From positions 1 to 14,905 of the forward strand of contig CAVVOB010000003.1 in the NCBI GenBank assembly GCA_963749655.1: a stretch of DNA of 14,905 bases. Reading direction: 5' to 3'. This document shows positions 14,112-14,905 of the stretch, piece by piece (position 1 is the stretch's first letter; each line of letters opens with the position of its first letter). This DNA is from Nitrospirota bacterium. Lineage in GTDB: Bacteria; Nitrospirota; UBA9217. Position numbers and translations under genes: made by a program. Under the pieces are notes generated by a model. The model was not told where the DNA came from, made no database searches, and was given only the letters and a program-made list of their open reading frames with translations.

Positions 14112-14702
14112 TTATAATTTAACCCCAAAGGACAAATTCACCACAGGTAAATAATAATGCGAAAGTCTGCCTGTAGAGTTCCATTCCGAATACCACCATA
14201 ATAACTTTCCGAAAGTTTTACCAAACTTTGCAGGCCAATACCCAAAGCAATAGTAAAATTGCTTTTAAAGCAAAGGTAGTAGCCTAAATCGGGTTCAATT
14301 ATTAAATCTGTCCTGTTATAATCGCTATTGTTATAATCTTTACCAAATGCATATCCCAAGCCAAATTTAACGTCGGCATAAAATCCGTTTAATTTGTTCG
14401 ATAAAAAGGCTGGACCGGCAGCAAAGCCAAATTCGTGCGTTAAAAAATCATCACCATCCTTGTCCAAACGGTATAAAAAATAGTCCAGAAACACCAAAAT
14501 TATTGGTTATAGAGCGATTAACAATAATATGGATTGGCAAATAGCTTACATTCGGATCCATTGCTTTGGATACACCTTGTATTACTAAAGTATGAAGCGG
14601 GTTAATTCCAATAAACATGCTGGCATCCTTACTCTCTGTTTGAGAAATTGAATAATGAAATGTGAAAACACACATAAGAAATGTTAAAACGATCATTTTC
14701 AT
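14112..14702 (-). pseudogene. Bacteroidota-type outer-membrane beta-barrel protein (DUF3575-like), about 196 aa, interrupted by two compensating frameshifts
   Basis: ORFs 14451-14702 (signal peptide, IGINPL) and 14138-14497 (NGFY, GLGY, DLGYY, IALGIG) join by removing one base from the A6 run at 14475-14480. A second shift near 14190-14200 returns to the original frame and gives SEWNSTGRLSHYYLPVVNLSFGVKL* with the stop at 14112-14114. Confidence 0.65.
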
Positions 14703-14726
14703 AGTATAATTTTTTTGGTTAGTTCA

Positions 14727-14757
14727 GACCTTGAAGGTTTTGAAAACCTTCAAGGTC
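14727..14757. repeat. Perfect 31-bp palindrome, REP-like intergenic element
   Basis: GACCTTGAAGGTTTT-G-AAAACCTTCAAGGTC: 15-bp perfect arms, each containing an inner ACCT-N3-AGGT palindrome. Confidence 0.85.
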
Positions 14758-14774
14758 ATAAAAAATATAAATTT

Positions 14775-14905
14775 TTATTTGATAATTATTTTATTTACCA
14801 TAGTTTTCCATCCATTGTTGCTTTTATAATATAAAATCCTTTTGGAATGGATGAAATATCTATCTTTTCCTGATTAATCAATTGTATTTCAGGAATGATT
14901 TGACC
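14775..14905 (-). CDS. C-terminal end of a T9SS type A sorting domain (Por secretion CTD) protein, partial and with one frameshift
   Basis: From 14905 the frame reads GQIIPEIQLINQEKIDISSIPKGFYIIKATMDGK. Adding one base to the T4 run at 14804-14807 continues it as TMVNKIIIK* (stop 14775-14777). IDIS...KG.YIIK and terminal KIIIK match the T9SS CTD pattern. Not in the ORF track. Confidence 0.75.

Noticed and set aside
1-14905. CRISPR arrays, tRNA/rRNA genes, transposases, integrases, phage or defence genes
   Set aside because: I saw no regularly spaced repeats, cloverleafs or diagnostic motifs on either strand.

Overview
The window has two parts. Positions 1 to about 13925 are GC-rich bacterial DNA whose gene content looks Desulfobacterota/Nitrospirota-like (inference). 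On the minus strand lies an operon: FmdB zinc-ribbon protein, xylose-isomerase-like TIM barrel, TPR lipoprotein and a LolB-like lipoprotein running off the left edge. Next come a small membrane protein with a structured 5' leader and a small diheme cytochrome c. The centrepiece is a divergently transcribed 2629-aa ORF (5084-12973) that fuses a FixC/ETF:quinone oxidoreductase flavoprotein, a FixX-like [4Fe-4S] domain, two acyl-CoA dehydrogenase (ACAD) domains with complementary motif loss, ETF-beta and ETF-alpha. This is apparently a whole acyl-CoA-to-quinone electron transfer chain in one polypeptide. From about 13930 to 14905 the DNA turns AT-rich and Bacteroidota-like (T9SS C-terminal domain, beta-barrel protein, REP-like palindrome) with three apparent single-base indels. 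It joins in frame inside a GC-rich gene and is most likely a chimeric or low-quality contig end. All family calls rest on motifs read by eye; no searches were run.
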